Assembly: GCA_002633005.1 (NCBI GenBank)
Contig: NMRA01000805.1
Location: 1-64,000, forward strand
Source: Phoronis australis
Lineage: Eukaryota > Animalia > Phoronida
Length of the DNA stretch: 64,000 nt
Direction: 5' to 3'
Below, piece by piece: positions 1-10,769 of this stretch. The position numbers and the translations under genes were made by a program. The stretch's first letter is position 1. Every line of letters begins with the position of its first letter. The notes beneath the pieces are model-generated. The model ran no database searches and was not told the DNA's origin. It was given only the letters and a program-made list of their open reading frames with translations.

Positions 1-696
1 CTAAGAATCCGCCTGTCGCACACCCAGCATACGTAAATAGTACCAGTGGTTTTCAAATATCTAGATAATATTATTTAGTACACCAAACCTCACGGTCAGA
101 ACAGGAACCGTCACACAGACGAGTTCAGTGAGGCAAGCATCTACAAACTGTTATATTGACAAAAATGAAGCAAGTCTCTCCAGTGCAATAGCCATAAAAG
201 CATTGTTTAGTAAAAACAAGTAAGTTAACAAAGATAATTTATCATATTTCGAATGTAGAACGAAATTCGTAAAGGAAAAGGGTATCACTAAAATAGTAAT
301 TTTTGTACATTTCACACTTGCATGTATGTGTTTTATTTCATTATAAAAATGTCCACGATTATAAAAACTGAAGTCTGATGGACATTTTGGTGAGCAACAC
401 AAGAAATTAAAAAATAACTTAAAATACAATATACCTATTTGAAAAAATGTATTATATTGAAAGAGCTTCATTATTAGTTTTGACTAAACTGCTTTGCAAA
501 GCTTTATGACTTAACAAGGAAAATGAACGCTCAGCACCGCCATCTGGCGAGTCAGAAGAACATTATATGGTCCCCATCTTGATTCAGTCAAATAACACAT
601 AAACGAATGAATGTAGAATTGTTTTTCTCACCTTCCATTTTCACCAGTGAAAACAATTATCTTGTCTTTTCCTGCGTCGATGGATTGCTTGCTTAC

Positions 697-749
697 CAGG
701 TTTTCTTCAAGACACACATTGCCGAAGGTTTTCAAGGCCTCTAACATGT
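697..749 (-). CDS. Putative internal exon of an unidentified minus-strand gene (DMLEALKTFGNVCLEENL)
   Basis: Minus strand reads tttattttcag|AC ATG TTA...AAC CTG|gtaagc. Canonical acceptor and donor; only one frame is open; its phase matches the candidate exon at 7805-7865. Confidence 0.4.
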
Positions 750-1096
750 CTGAAAATAAAATGACTTTCACTGTTTACATAAGAGGAACATGTTCATAGG
801 AGGGCGCAACCATTTTTTATGTTACGTCTACTAAAAATGCTGATCCCAGATTACCTTATGCAAGGCTCGACATAAGCGAATACACGCTCGAAAATACGAG
901 TAGAAAAAGTAAAACACGAGCAGGAATTGGCCTCACTCGTATTATTCGAACAGGGGTGGAGTGGACGTTCGCATTTTTCTATTTTCTTTTCTTTTCTAGT
1001 CGTCGCATCTGTCACCAACCACACGTACGGTTGTGCACCCGGCGAACGTGTCCAACGTTATCTGCGACCTTTTTGAGAAGTCACGCGTCCTTTTAA

Positions 1097-2385
1097 AGGC
1101 GAAGGCAACCTTTTTTCATGTCACTTTTAGCAAAAATAAGGTCTGTTGATTATCCAGACATATTTTTCACTTAATTACAGCTTTTCGTAATTTAATTAAT
1201 TTCTCGTCCTCTACTCCGGAAGTGACGTTTTGGGAGGCAAGAATTTCGCGCCAATTTCTTTTCATACAGTCAGACTGTGAGAGCTGTCAAGTCAGTAATT
1301 GTTCTACCTCGGATGTGATAAGTTCGGTCGTCGTTTGCTTTTTTACGAGTCATTCAACATGCCACGCTGTTGCTGCGTACCAGGATGAACTCATTATCGT
1401 CTCAGACGCGCTTTGGGTACCTTGTATCGCTTTCCGAAGGATGACACACTTCGCCGTACTTGGCTAGTCGTTTGAAGAACGCAGCGCTACCCGTCCACGC
1501 AACGTACAAAGCAATGGAAAGCATTTTCAGCCGTCAGATTTCGACAGAGATATGTACGCTGAATTGATGAAGGTCCCTGCGAAATAACGCCTGAAGAAGG
1601 GTACCATAACGTCGCTGTTTATTCCCGGCAGTGCCCTGTCGCCAACCCCGAGAAGTGCGTTTTTGAAGCGAGAAGCCTCGCGAGCTGTGGCCACTATAAA
1701 CAGTGACTGGAGGCACTTCATCTACTGTCACCCATGGCTCCGAACGTACCCCATTGCGTGCAATTCAGGAACTAGCAGTGATTCCCCGTGTGCTGTTGTC
1801 TCTAGCCCAGAGCCTGTAAGCAGCCCTGCAGCGATGTTGAGTAGTGGGAGTGAATACAGGCCCAGTTTGACACCCAGTGAAAAGGACAGTTCGTCATCCA
1901 ATGAACAGATCGGTGAGCCTAAGTTTGAGAAGTTTATTGTGGACTTGTATTGGAGCTATTCAGAAAGTGCCACGTGTGTGATGAGGGAGTCGCACTGCGC
2001 AATGTAAGCAGTCACCATCCACTGGGAGTGTGTCGCGGGACACTCGGGCAAGTGAGACAATTCTTCCTCTGTACTTGAGACGATAATGAGTACATCTCGG
2101 TAGGCAGAAACAGTGTGACATGTTGACTGACTCGTAAACAAAAGCAAACGACAACCGAACTTATCACAACGGAGGTAGAACAATGACGGACTCGACTGCT
2201 CTCACAGTCAGACTGTATGAAAAGAAATTGGCGCGAAATTCTTGCCTCCCAAAACGTCACTTCCGGAGTAGACGACGAGTAATTAATTAAATTACGAAAA
2301 GCTGTAAATAAGTAAAAACATGTCTGGGATAATCAACGAACCCTATTTTTGCTAAAAATGACATGAAAAAAGGTTGCCTTCGCCT
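1097..2385 (+). mobile_element. Internally deleted Kolobok-type DNA transposon with THAP-transposase remnant
   Basis: TTAA at 1093-1096 and 2386-2389 flanks AGGCGAAGGCAACC...GGTTGCCTTCGCCT termini. Imperfect TIRs of about 300 bp. The interior translates to decayed THAP motifs (MTHFAVLG*S; KHFQPSDF...RLKKGTITSLF) and EPKFEKFIV. TTAA TSD with AG..CT ends and an N-terminal THAP domain is the Kolobok signature. Confidence 0.75.
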
Positions 2386-2428
2386 TTAATAACTGCTAAA
2401 GAGGGAGCCTGAAAATCGAGGTGTGTAC

Positions 2429-3316
2429 ACTTACCCCGAAGCCAAAACTATGGAAAGTCAAAGCGGAAAAAATTCCAGGACACTGACACCCTTTCTATGC
2501 AAGGTTTAAAACATGTCAAAGCATTATTATTACTCTGTAGTACCAAGAATAAATATCTTAAAATCAGAATTTTCACTTATGCAAGAATTGAAAACTGTCA
2601 AAACATTATTTTCACCCTGGAAGACAAACAAATTCAAGACCAAAATTTATCACGTCGGCACCAAGAATTTATGACATTAGAACCTCAGTAATTTATCACG
2701 CCAGAACCTAAAATTTATCACGTCAGGACCAAAAATTTAAAACTTCAGGACCAAAATTTAACATGTCAAGAGACTCAAGACCGAAAATTTATATGCCAGA
2801 AAAGTTTAATGTCAGGAGACCACGTGACCATCCACAAGCATTACCCCTCAAAGGCATGACGTCGGTACTAGGATACAATAGCTAAGCGTTCAACAATGTC
2901 TCGCCGACGACAGTCATTATCATGACATTGAGTTTGAATTTTTTGTTGTCCTTTGCAAGCTTTATGACAGAAACCAAGGTATATTGTACTTGAACACGCC
3001 GTTGATTTTTACTGAGACACAGTGCAAGGTCATTGTCGGTTAGTGGATGGTCACGTGATCGCCTGACGAAAAAGTTCCGTCCTGACGTGACAAATTTTGG
3101 TCCTGACGTAATAAATTTTGGTTTTGAGTTGTTTTTGTTTTGGTCCTGCATAGATTTTAATTCTTGAATAGAAAACGTGTATATTAGAATTTTTTTCGCT
3201 TTGGCTTTCCATAGCAAACACAATGTTTTACTCGCTGTCAAAGACAGCGTTTTGACATATATTGTCGCACTCAACACATTTTGTTGTTCAGGAGACATTC
3301 TAGTTTCGCGGTAAGT
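2429..3316. mobile_element. Non-autonomous DNA element with short TIRs and inverted subterminal ~21-bp tandem arrays
   Basis: ACTTACCCCGAAGC at left versus GTTTCGCGGTAAGT at right. AAAATTTATCACGTCAGGACC-like repeats at about 2640-2820 and their reverse complement at about 3060-3150. Confidence 0.5.
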
Positions 3317-3867
3317 CTAAAATGGCGTAGTGTCACTTGGCCTCAAATCGTAACGAGTGCAGATTTTCAAGAATTTTCCACCTACTAATTTCGTTATTAG
3401 GTACTGGTGTTTTCGTTTTAAAACCATAAGAAATGTAGAAATTACTTGCAACTAGGCCCGGCCAGCCAATAACTGACGAGTTGCAATCATAATTACCAGT
3501 GCTTTCAGATTCTAAAATGCGGGCAATGCAAAGCCGGATGAAAACTAATAACAGTGACCCGAGGTCACATCATTGTTAGTGTAGAGGTCAAGCATATTGA
3601 GCATGAAAGGATACATATCACAATGACTGAGAATTTATACGTTATGTTTGCGGTTAGCCGTTTAGACCAGTGACTATAATCACCGCGTAACGTACGGAGC
3701 GGACGGAATCACACATGTTAAAATGCCCCCTCTAAAAATCGAATCTGCAAAAAGACAAAAACATACTGCCCTGGCCCATAGGTACTCCAGATTGACCTAC
3801 AAAGGTGAGACCCTATGGGTCAATTGATCCAGAGCTAAGTTTTTGCAATTTGTAAAATGATCCCCTA

Positions 3868-4264
3868 GGCCCGGTCTCTAATCTTTGTACTCGAAACGAA
3901 CTCTAAACTATTTTTGGCAATTTCTCTGCTCCTTTTGTGCGAACTTAAGATAATTGGTTATCAGACTGGGCTCGAATACATTATTATGCATAAGAGTTTC
4001 TAGTTCAAGTTTGCCCTTGAAGACCCTTATATTCGTGCTACAAACTCGAGTAAAAAGTCGAAATTTCGAGTTCAAACTCGAACTTATTGCTTTAATATTG
4101 GGTTTACAAACTGTGAACTAAGGGCAATAAATTATCTACGTAAGTTATTGTGTACTCTAGCATAGAATAATAGACACTTATCTTGAGTTCGCCCAAAAGT
4201 AGAGTAGAAAATGCCAAACCTAATTTCGAGTTCCATTTCGAGTAAAAAGATTGGAGACCGGGCC
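3868..4264. mobile_element. MITE, PIF/Harbinger-like (GGCCC termini)
   Basis: TIR of about 36 bp: GGCCCGGTCTCTAATCTTTGTACTCGAAACGAACTC versus GAGTTCCATTTCGAGTAAAAAGATTGGAGACCGGGCC. Flanked by CTA/CTG. Confidence 0.65.
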
Positions 4265-4337
4265 CTGGTCATGTTACGGTTAAGTGATGGGTAATAACTG
4301 ATCGAATCATTAATAACGACAAAAACATCATCACCAC

Positions 4338-4450
4338 GGTAGAGTTCAACGCTGGGACCGCGCTGGAAAAGCAAGACTTCTCGAGGTTACGCAAGATGCT
4401 TGGCTAGCTTTTTCTAGCCACGAGACAGCTACTGAACACTGAACTCTCCT
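4338..4450 (-). mobile_element. Copy of ~145-bp MITE family (TIR GGTAGAGTTCAGTA)
   Basis: Reverse-orientation similarity to copies at 6841-6985, 31012-31160 and 63365-63510. Confidence 0.45.
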
Positions 4451-4681
4451 TGAGTCTGCTTGTCATATTGCTTGTGAAAAACCTGAACGGAATGAGCACC
4501 ACACGCTGGGTTTATTTGCCTAGTAAATTTATATTTCCGAGTAGGTCGTGACCTTTTGTCACCTACTGCTGTTACCGTGTGTCATTTTATCTCTTTCCGA
4601 AGACGAGAGATGTCCTGTCTCAAAATATGGCCGTCATTTTAATTTATGTCTTTTGGCAATCTTCTCTGTTATGCTTGACAA

Positions 4682-5119
4682 ATGTATGGAAACCGTGAAC
4701 CGACAGCACACTGCAGCTGGTTTGTGTCAAGTTCTGAAGCTGTCGGTAAAACAAAACACATCAACACCGGGTTTCAAGAAAGCAAATTATGTAGGAGATA
4801 TATTAACTGTTTGCGATGTAGGCCTAACTTGAGCTCCTCAACACGCGTACGTACAGGTAGGCCCTACACTGGTTTGCAGCGAGTGATAAGTGTTCCTGCG
4901 GCTGAGGTTTTACAGTGGGCACATCGGTATCACGGAAACAAACCATACAAGTGCCAAAAGTGTAACCTCCTAGCAAATGATTCAACATTTTTGTTGACGA
5001 CCCATGGGAAAATCGCAGACGGTATTACTGAACATAATGGCGAAGTTTATACATGTGAGAAAAGCAAGAAACAGTTTAAGAGGAGATCATCACTAAATAC
5101 CATCGAAATATTTTGTTAG
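4682..5119 (+). pseudogene. Decayed C2H2 zinc-finger array remnant
   Basis: The ORF contains linker/finger fragments TGRPY, HGNKPYKCQKC and GEVYTCEKSKKQFKRRSSL, but zinc ligands are mostly lost. Confidence 0.4.
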
Positions 5120-5885
5120 CAATTCTTGTTGTTTGATTGTTTGTTTGTTTATTTGTTGTGTTCATAGTCACTATGTTTTAAGTTCTTATCTAGTGCCGTA
5201 TTTCTATGTTTGATTGCCATGCTATGATATCTAGCCTGTATTTGCACGACTGGTTGCAGATTCATGCTACTACTTTAATGTTTTATGAATGAATTTTAGT
5301 TTCCTATAATTTATCATGATCAAGCGTACTGTGTACCATAGTGGCGGCTCTACGATGCCGTGCAACCCAAAACACGGCATGCCGAATGGTAAACAGGTTG
5401 AACACTTTAGAATTTCACCGTATGTATCAACCCGCACAGTTCCGTACCAGGCAACATCCAGAAGTCAGTCTCCCTGTCGGTGTCCAGTCATCACTAATAA
5501 TGTAGTCTGGTTTGTGAGTCAAGCATGCGTAGCACAAGTGAATATATCACATTTGGGTCGTCGATGACTCATGAGTAATCAGTGTTCACATATTAGCAAA
5601 ACGTCTATAAATTTCTCCAAACTTCAAAAAAGTAGCAATTCTTATCAACCGCACCCGTTGTAGACATGACGACTCAGCAAATTACCAGGTTAGCCCACCC
5701 ACCCCCTTTTATACTCATCCACACGTCTTTCGTAATACGGGAATATTCAATATGCAACGGAATAACAACTTATTCTTATCACTGTTGTCTCTTTATTTAT
5801 CACGTAGTACTCTAAAAATGAGTCGTTGCACAACCTCCGATTGCGGATTTGTAGGATGTACGTGACTACACTGAGTGTCAATGGC

Positions 5886-6084
5886 ATGCTCGCACCCAGG
5901 GTGAGTCTCCGGGGCTCGAACGAGACCCTTCCCCCAATTTGGCGAAGTGGGCAAAACTCCGCCTCAGAGAAACAAAAAAGTACGAAAAAGTAGAAAACGA
6001 GACAAAAGTCCACTAAGAAGGCAGGCGAATGCACAATTCATAGCTCTGAACGTACCTCGTTTTTTTAGGCTAGGTGCGCGCGTG
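5886..6084 (+). mobile_element. MITE family with CATGCGCGCACCCAG-like termini
   Basis: Shares TTTGGCGAAGTG, AAAACGAGACAAAAG and GCACAATTCATAG.TCTGAACGTA blocks with 58597-58797 and (reverse) 62992-63256. Confidence 0.55.
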
Positions 6085-6840
6085 AATGCCATGCTTGAAA
6101 TTGCTCCACATTCTGGTTTATAACTACAAATCGAGATGCCAACTCAAGTCGCCTGAAATACCGGAAACTTGAGCAAAAACCTCCCAAAAAGGCCTAAGAG
6201 GCCACATTATTAAATCAAGGAATTGCATAAGCAATGTAGTGGCATAAAAATAGTGGTATAAATCATTATCAAGAGTCACGAGTTCCGAATAGCGTTAGAG
6301 CAGACGATATTTGAGCTTCCTCAAATTTTTGGGCATAAATAAGGTTGAAACCAACTGTCGTTGAGTTTCATAGCTTTATAATTAGCTTTATAATTAGCTT
6401 ATTTCACAATTCACATTTCGATGGCTGGTGTGTGGAAAGCAAACGTAAGTTTAACCCTTGTCGGATATTCCAACATTAGACCTCCTAATTCGAAAGTCAT
6501 CAGCATTCAAATACCTGATAGCCCAGTTTATGTCAACGGGGGTAATGGCTTAGTAATGTATTTAGACCAAGGAATTATTGGGTGTTAAACTAGGACCAAT
6601 ATTACTCCCAGGTGTTAATTAGACCTTCATTATGTAGTGCAATATTTGGCTCACAAAAGCACGGAAACAGATGTAAAACCATTATGCTAATTAGAAAAAT
6701 AATGTGCAGCAGTCCTCACTCTAAAAAGCGAGAACATATTTATCTTTCCAGCTGCACACTGTAGTCAAACATTACCCCCCCCTCGATGTCAACGACCTTG
6801 CCTTTTGATCTAGGCTATGAATCAATATTGGTTCCCATGT

Positions 6841-6985
6841 CCAGGTAGAGTTCAGCAGCTGTCTCGCTGCTAGAAAAACTAGCTCAAATCACGTTTAATT
6901 ATTCAAATTACACGGCAATATCTCGCGAAATCTCGCGATGTCGTGCTTTTCTGAGGTCCTAGCGTTATATGAACTCTATCCAGGG
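6841..6985 (+). mobile_element. Copy of ~145-bp MITE family
   Basis: GGTAGAGTTCA...TGAACTCTATCC inverted ends; internal AATTACACGGCAATA shared with 31012-31160 and 63365-63510. Confidence 0.55.
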
Positions 6986-7804
6986 CTAAGTTACTATATT
7001 TCTTTGCGCAGGGATTGACACGTCGTGGTTATTACATAATCGCCCCAAGAATACTACTGATAGCGATTTTATTTACAAATGGCTTAACTGCAACGGTTTT
7101 ACCTTTCCATTGTGTTAGTGTTGTCGTAGCCAAACCCAACTGGTGGTATACAAAAAGATTATTTCGTTGGCTTGTTTATCTTCGGTGTTGTCAAATCCTT
7201 TCTGAATATCATCGTACTAGCCATTGAATGAGCACAATCTTTCTGGAAATTTTTAGCTGCTTTCACTTTAAAAGAGCTTAGCTTACCATCTGATTAATTT
7301 CAAAAATAGTGTGATATCATGACATCTATATCAATGCAATATACAATTTCTGCACACCACGGATTTTAAAAACGTTTCAATCAGGTTTAAACTTATAACC
7401 GCTTTGGTGTGAACACTGCAGTTCTGTCCGCAGATATTCCATTTCACTGATAGTCCGGATGTCGACTATACCATCTATCTCACCGATAGCTTTTCAACAC
7501 CACTAGCTGACCTCGGGGTCATCTCGACAATCTCGATGCACGTTGATTTCCGCCAGCGCCCTATATGCTGGCCATAGCAAAATTGACCTGCTTGTCAGAC
7601 TCGACTAAAGCGTTCATGGACATGAAGGCCTATTGATCAAGTTACTAACATCGTTCGCGGCGATGGTTACAACACCTTTTTCATTGAGCTAATTGGTAAA
7701 GTAGTACACGCTTGAGTGAATGATTTGGTGTTGATTTCTGCCCATGCATTCTTGATATCGTTCACCTGCAATTCAGACCTATGAAACTTGTTTTAAGCAC
7801 TTAC

Positions 7805-7865
7805 CAATATCAGGGGCTATTTTCTTTGGCAACTGGAATGACAGCATAAACGTGACCGCAGCCAT
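7805..7865 (-). CDS. Putative first coding exon of an unidentified minus-strand gene (MAAVTFMLSFQLPKKIAPDI)
   Basis: Strong Kozak context GGCACCATGG, 20 codons plus 1 nt, then donor G|gtaagt. Phase 1 joins exon 697-749 in frame (G+AC = Asp). Confidence 0.4.
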
Positions 7866-8481
7866 GGTGCCAACGAGTGTCGAATAATAATGGAACTGTT
7901 AATAATCCTGATAACAGAAAGACCGTTTTCAGCTGTAACGCAGACGGAAAACTATGAGCTGAGCTGTGTGCTTCAAGTGAAATAAACCTCACGCCACTGT
8001 TACCCGCACACAGTGAGTTACAATGCTCACTGACCTGTAAACGAGATTCGTAGTACAAAGCGTAAACGTAGAACACGTGTTTACAGTGAGAGAGAGCAAG
8101 AGATTTATTATTCAGCGCAGGGGCGGATCCATGATTTTGAGTTAGGGAGACATTCGCGTCACCGCCTCGCGACGCAAAATCCTTACAGTTCATATCGTCG
8201 TAGACGCGATCAATGACCTGAGCCTGCTCTTTTGCATTCGATGCGTGCAGCTATACGGGCGGCGCTGGCCCGGCAGTCTTAATTTTTAGTTCGATCTATG
8301 GTAGTAGTCAATGGTTTTTTGAGCCAAGGTTGAATTTACGTCGCCCTATTTCAATAAAAGTTGTCGCCTGCTCAGTTTGGGCATCTCAAGGTTTGCGCTG
8401 CACTGTGAAGGCTAAGAATAGCGTCGATTTTTGAATCTGCCAGTGTTATGAGTGTTTGTCAAATGTTGACCCCTTGACCCA

Positions 8482-10769
8482 TTTTTATGTGCCCACATAC
8501 TTATATAGGCCCTACTTTCATTGCCGTCATCTATGCCTGTCCGGGCGTCCGTCGTCCGGCGTCCGCAGCTGTCATCTCCTGAACCCCTCACAGGATCTTG
8601 ATGAGATTTGGCAGATGTGTTTATTGAAGCTGACGATCAGATGACGACGAATTTTGGACGTACCCGACTACTGGTGTGTCCCCTAGTGGCAATTTTAATT
8701 TTTTACGTGTACGTCGCTGTATCTTCAAATGTTCTTAACGGATTTTCATGAAACTTGGCACATAGGCATCTATTTATGAGATGACGTTAGATCCAGGCGT
8801 TTTCGGATTCATTCGACGTACGTATTTTGCGACATCTAGTGGCCATTTTTACTGTTTTCGAGTTTTTTTGACGTCCGCCCCTCTATCAACCAAACTGCTC
8901 CAAGGATGATTGTGAAAATTGTAATATATGCGCTTACTATGAAAAGGGCGTCTGATCCGACGGCTTTGATTACTGTAGCGCCTTCTAGTGGCAGTTTTGT
9001 TTGATTTTGCAATTATGGTTGTATCCCGTATACGCTCTGCAGGGTATTTACTAAATTTAGTAAGTATATTTAGATGAAGTTGGCAAAGAATGACGATGAC
9101 TTACAAACGGATCGGACTACAGGTGTGCTCCCTAGTGGCAATTTTAGTTTTTACGTTTACCTCTGTATGTTAAAAGATACTCAACAGATTTTCATAAAAT
9201 TTGGCAGATCGGAATTTATTAGTGAGACAACGCTTTTCTTCTGTTTTCGAATGGGTTCAAGGTATTTTGCGCCACCTAGTGGCCATTTTCACTGTTTTTT
9301 TGGCGTTCGCCCCTCTGTCAACCGAATGATTTTAAAAATTGTCATATATGTTCCTACTGTGAAGAGGACGGATGACGGTGATTTTCTAAGGATGATTTTA
9401 AAAATTGGCATATATGTTCCTACTGTGAAGAGGACGGATGACGGTGATTTTCCGACAACTTCGACTATTTTGGCACCTCCTAGGAGCAGTTTTGTTTTCT
9501 TTTGCGCCCATAGATTTATTTCCTAAACCCACTGCGGGAGCTTTATTAAACTAAACAAGGGTAATTATATAAAGTTGACAACGGACAACAATGACTTTCA
9601 GACATATCCGATTATCGCTGTGCCCCCTAGTGGCAATTTAACGTTGCGCACCTGTGCTGTGGAATTAATATCCCGACTTATTGATCGGCCAGTCGGGATA
9701 CAGCCGTGTCGTTATCAGTTTGGCAGTGGCAAACCAATGTTTACTCAGTCCAGCTCTCTTATTGTCTGTTTTCATCTGATAACCTGACGTAATCCACAAT
9801 TACATTGTAAACAGTGCGCCTGACAGTAACCGATATTTAAAAATACTATTTCCAAACGACTTTCAACAAATGTCGTGAAGCAGATGTGTTTTGTATGAAA
9901 TATTTCCACCAAAAAATTTCGAATGGTGAAAAACGGTTGACTTCAGAGAAATTAGACTTAACTTTCACCTGTCAATTCCTTTGTGTCACTGTAAGGTCTG
10001 ACCAGCTTAACCACGGTACTGCTTGACAAGTTTAATGGAGCGCGATTCTAGATTAGATCGTGGTAGTGAAAATTTCTTGGTTCTTACACTCCAGAAGAAT
10101 GGTACGTGATGTTTTTCTCCGTTTTCTTCTGTTTTTCTGAAGTTACCTGACGGATATTTATGAGACGTAGCTTTCTTTTAATGAAATGATGACATACCCG
10201 TTTTCGGATGGATTCGACGTATTTTGCGCCATCTAGTGGCCATATTTACTGTTTTCGAGTCTGTTTTTGGCATCCAGCTCTCTATCAACCAAACCGCTCT
10301 AAGGATGACTGTGAAAATTGGCATACATATGTTCTTAGCGTGAAGAGGGCAGTTGACGATGATTTTCCGATGACTTCGACTATTGTGGCGCCTACTAGTA
10401 GCGGTTTTGTTTTTGTTTTTGCTTCTTTAGCTGTATCTCTTAAACCCATTGCAGGATCTTTGTTTAATTTTGCAAGTGTATACAAGTTGACAACGGATGA
10501 CGACTTTCAAACGGATCCAATCAGCTCTGTGCCCCCTAGTGGCAATTCCATTTTTCTTCTGTTTCTCTGAAGTTCCTTGACGGATTTTTATGAAATGTAG
10601 TAAATAGCTTCCTATTAAAGAAACGATGACATGTTGCCGTTTTTGCATGGATTTGATGTATTTGGTGCCATCTAGTGTCCATTTCTAGAATACAAATAAA
10701 CATACCCAGAAGCACACAGTTTGCGGTGCATTCATGGGCGCATTTCAACGCTCTGCGTTGCTCTTGTTT
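8482..10769 (+). mobile_element. Helentron-associated (HINE/DINE-1-like) non-autonomous element with central ~147-bp tandem repeats
   Basis: 5' TTTTTATGTGCCCA followed by a GTCC-type microsatellite. 3' subterminal inverted repeat TGGGCGCAT (10735-10743), hairpin CAACGC-TCT-GCGTTG (10746-10760) and T-rich end. Central repeats form a ~440-bp trimer. A short reverse copy of the 5' end lies at 25681-25762. Confidence 0.65.

Noticed and set aside
1222-2260. Twin ORFs MTFWEARISRQ on opposite strands
   Set aside because: They are simply the two TIRs of the Kolobok element.
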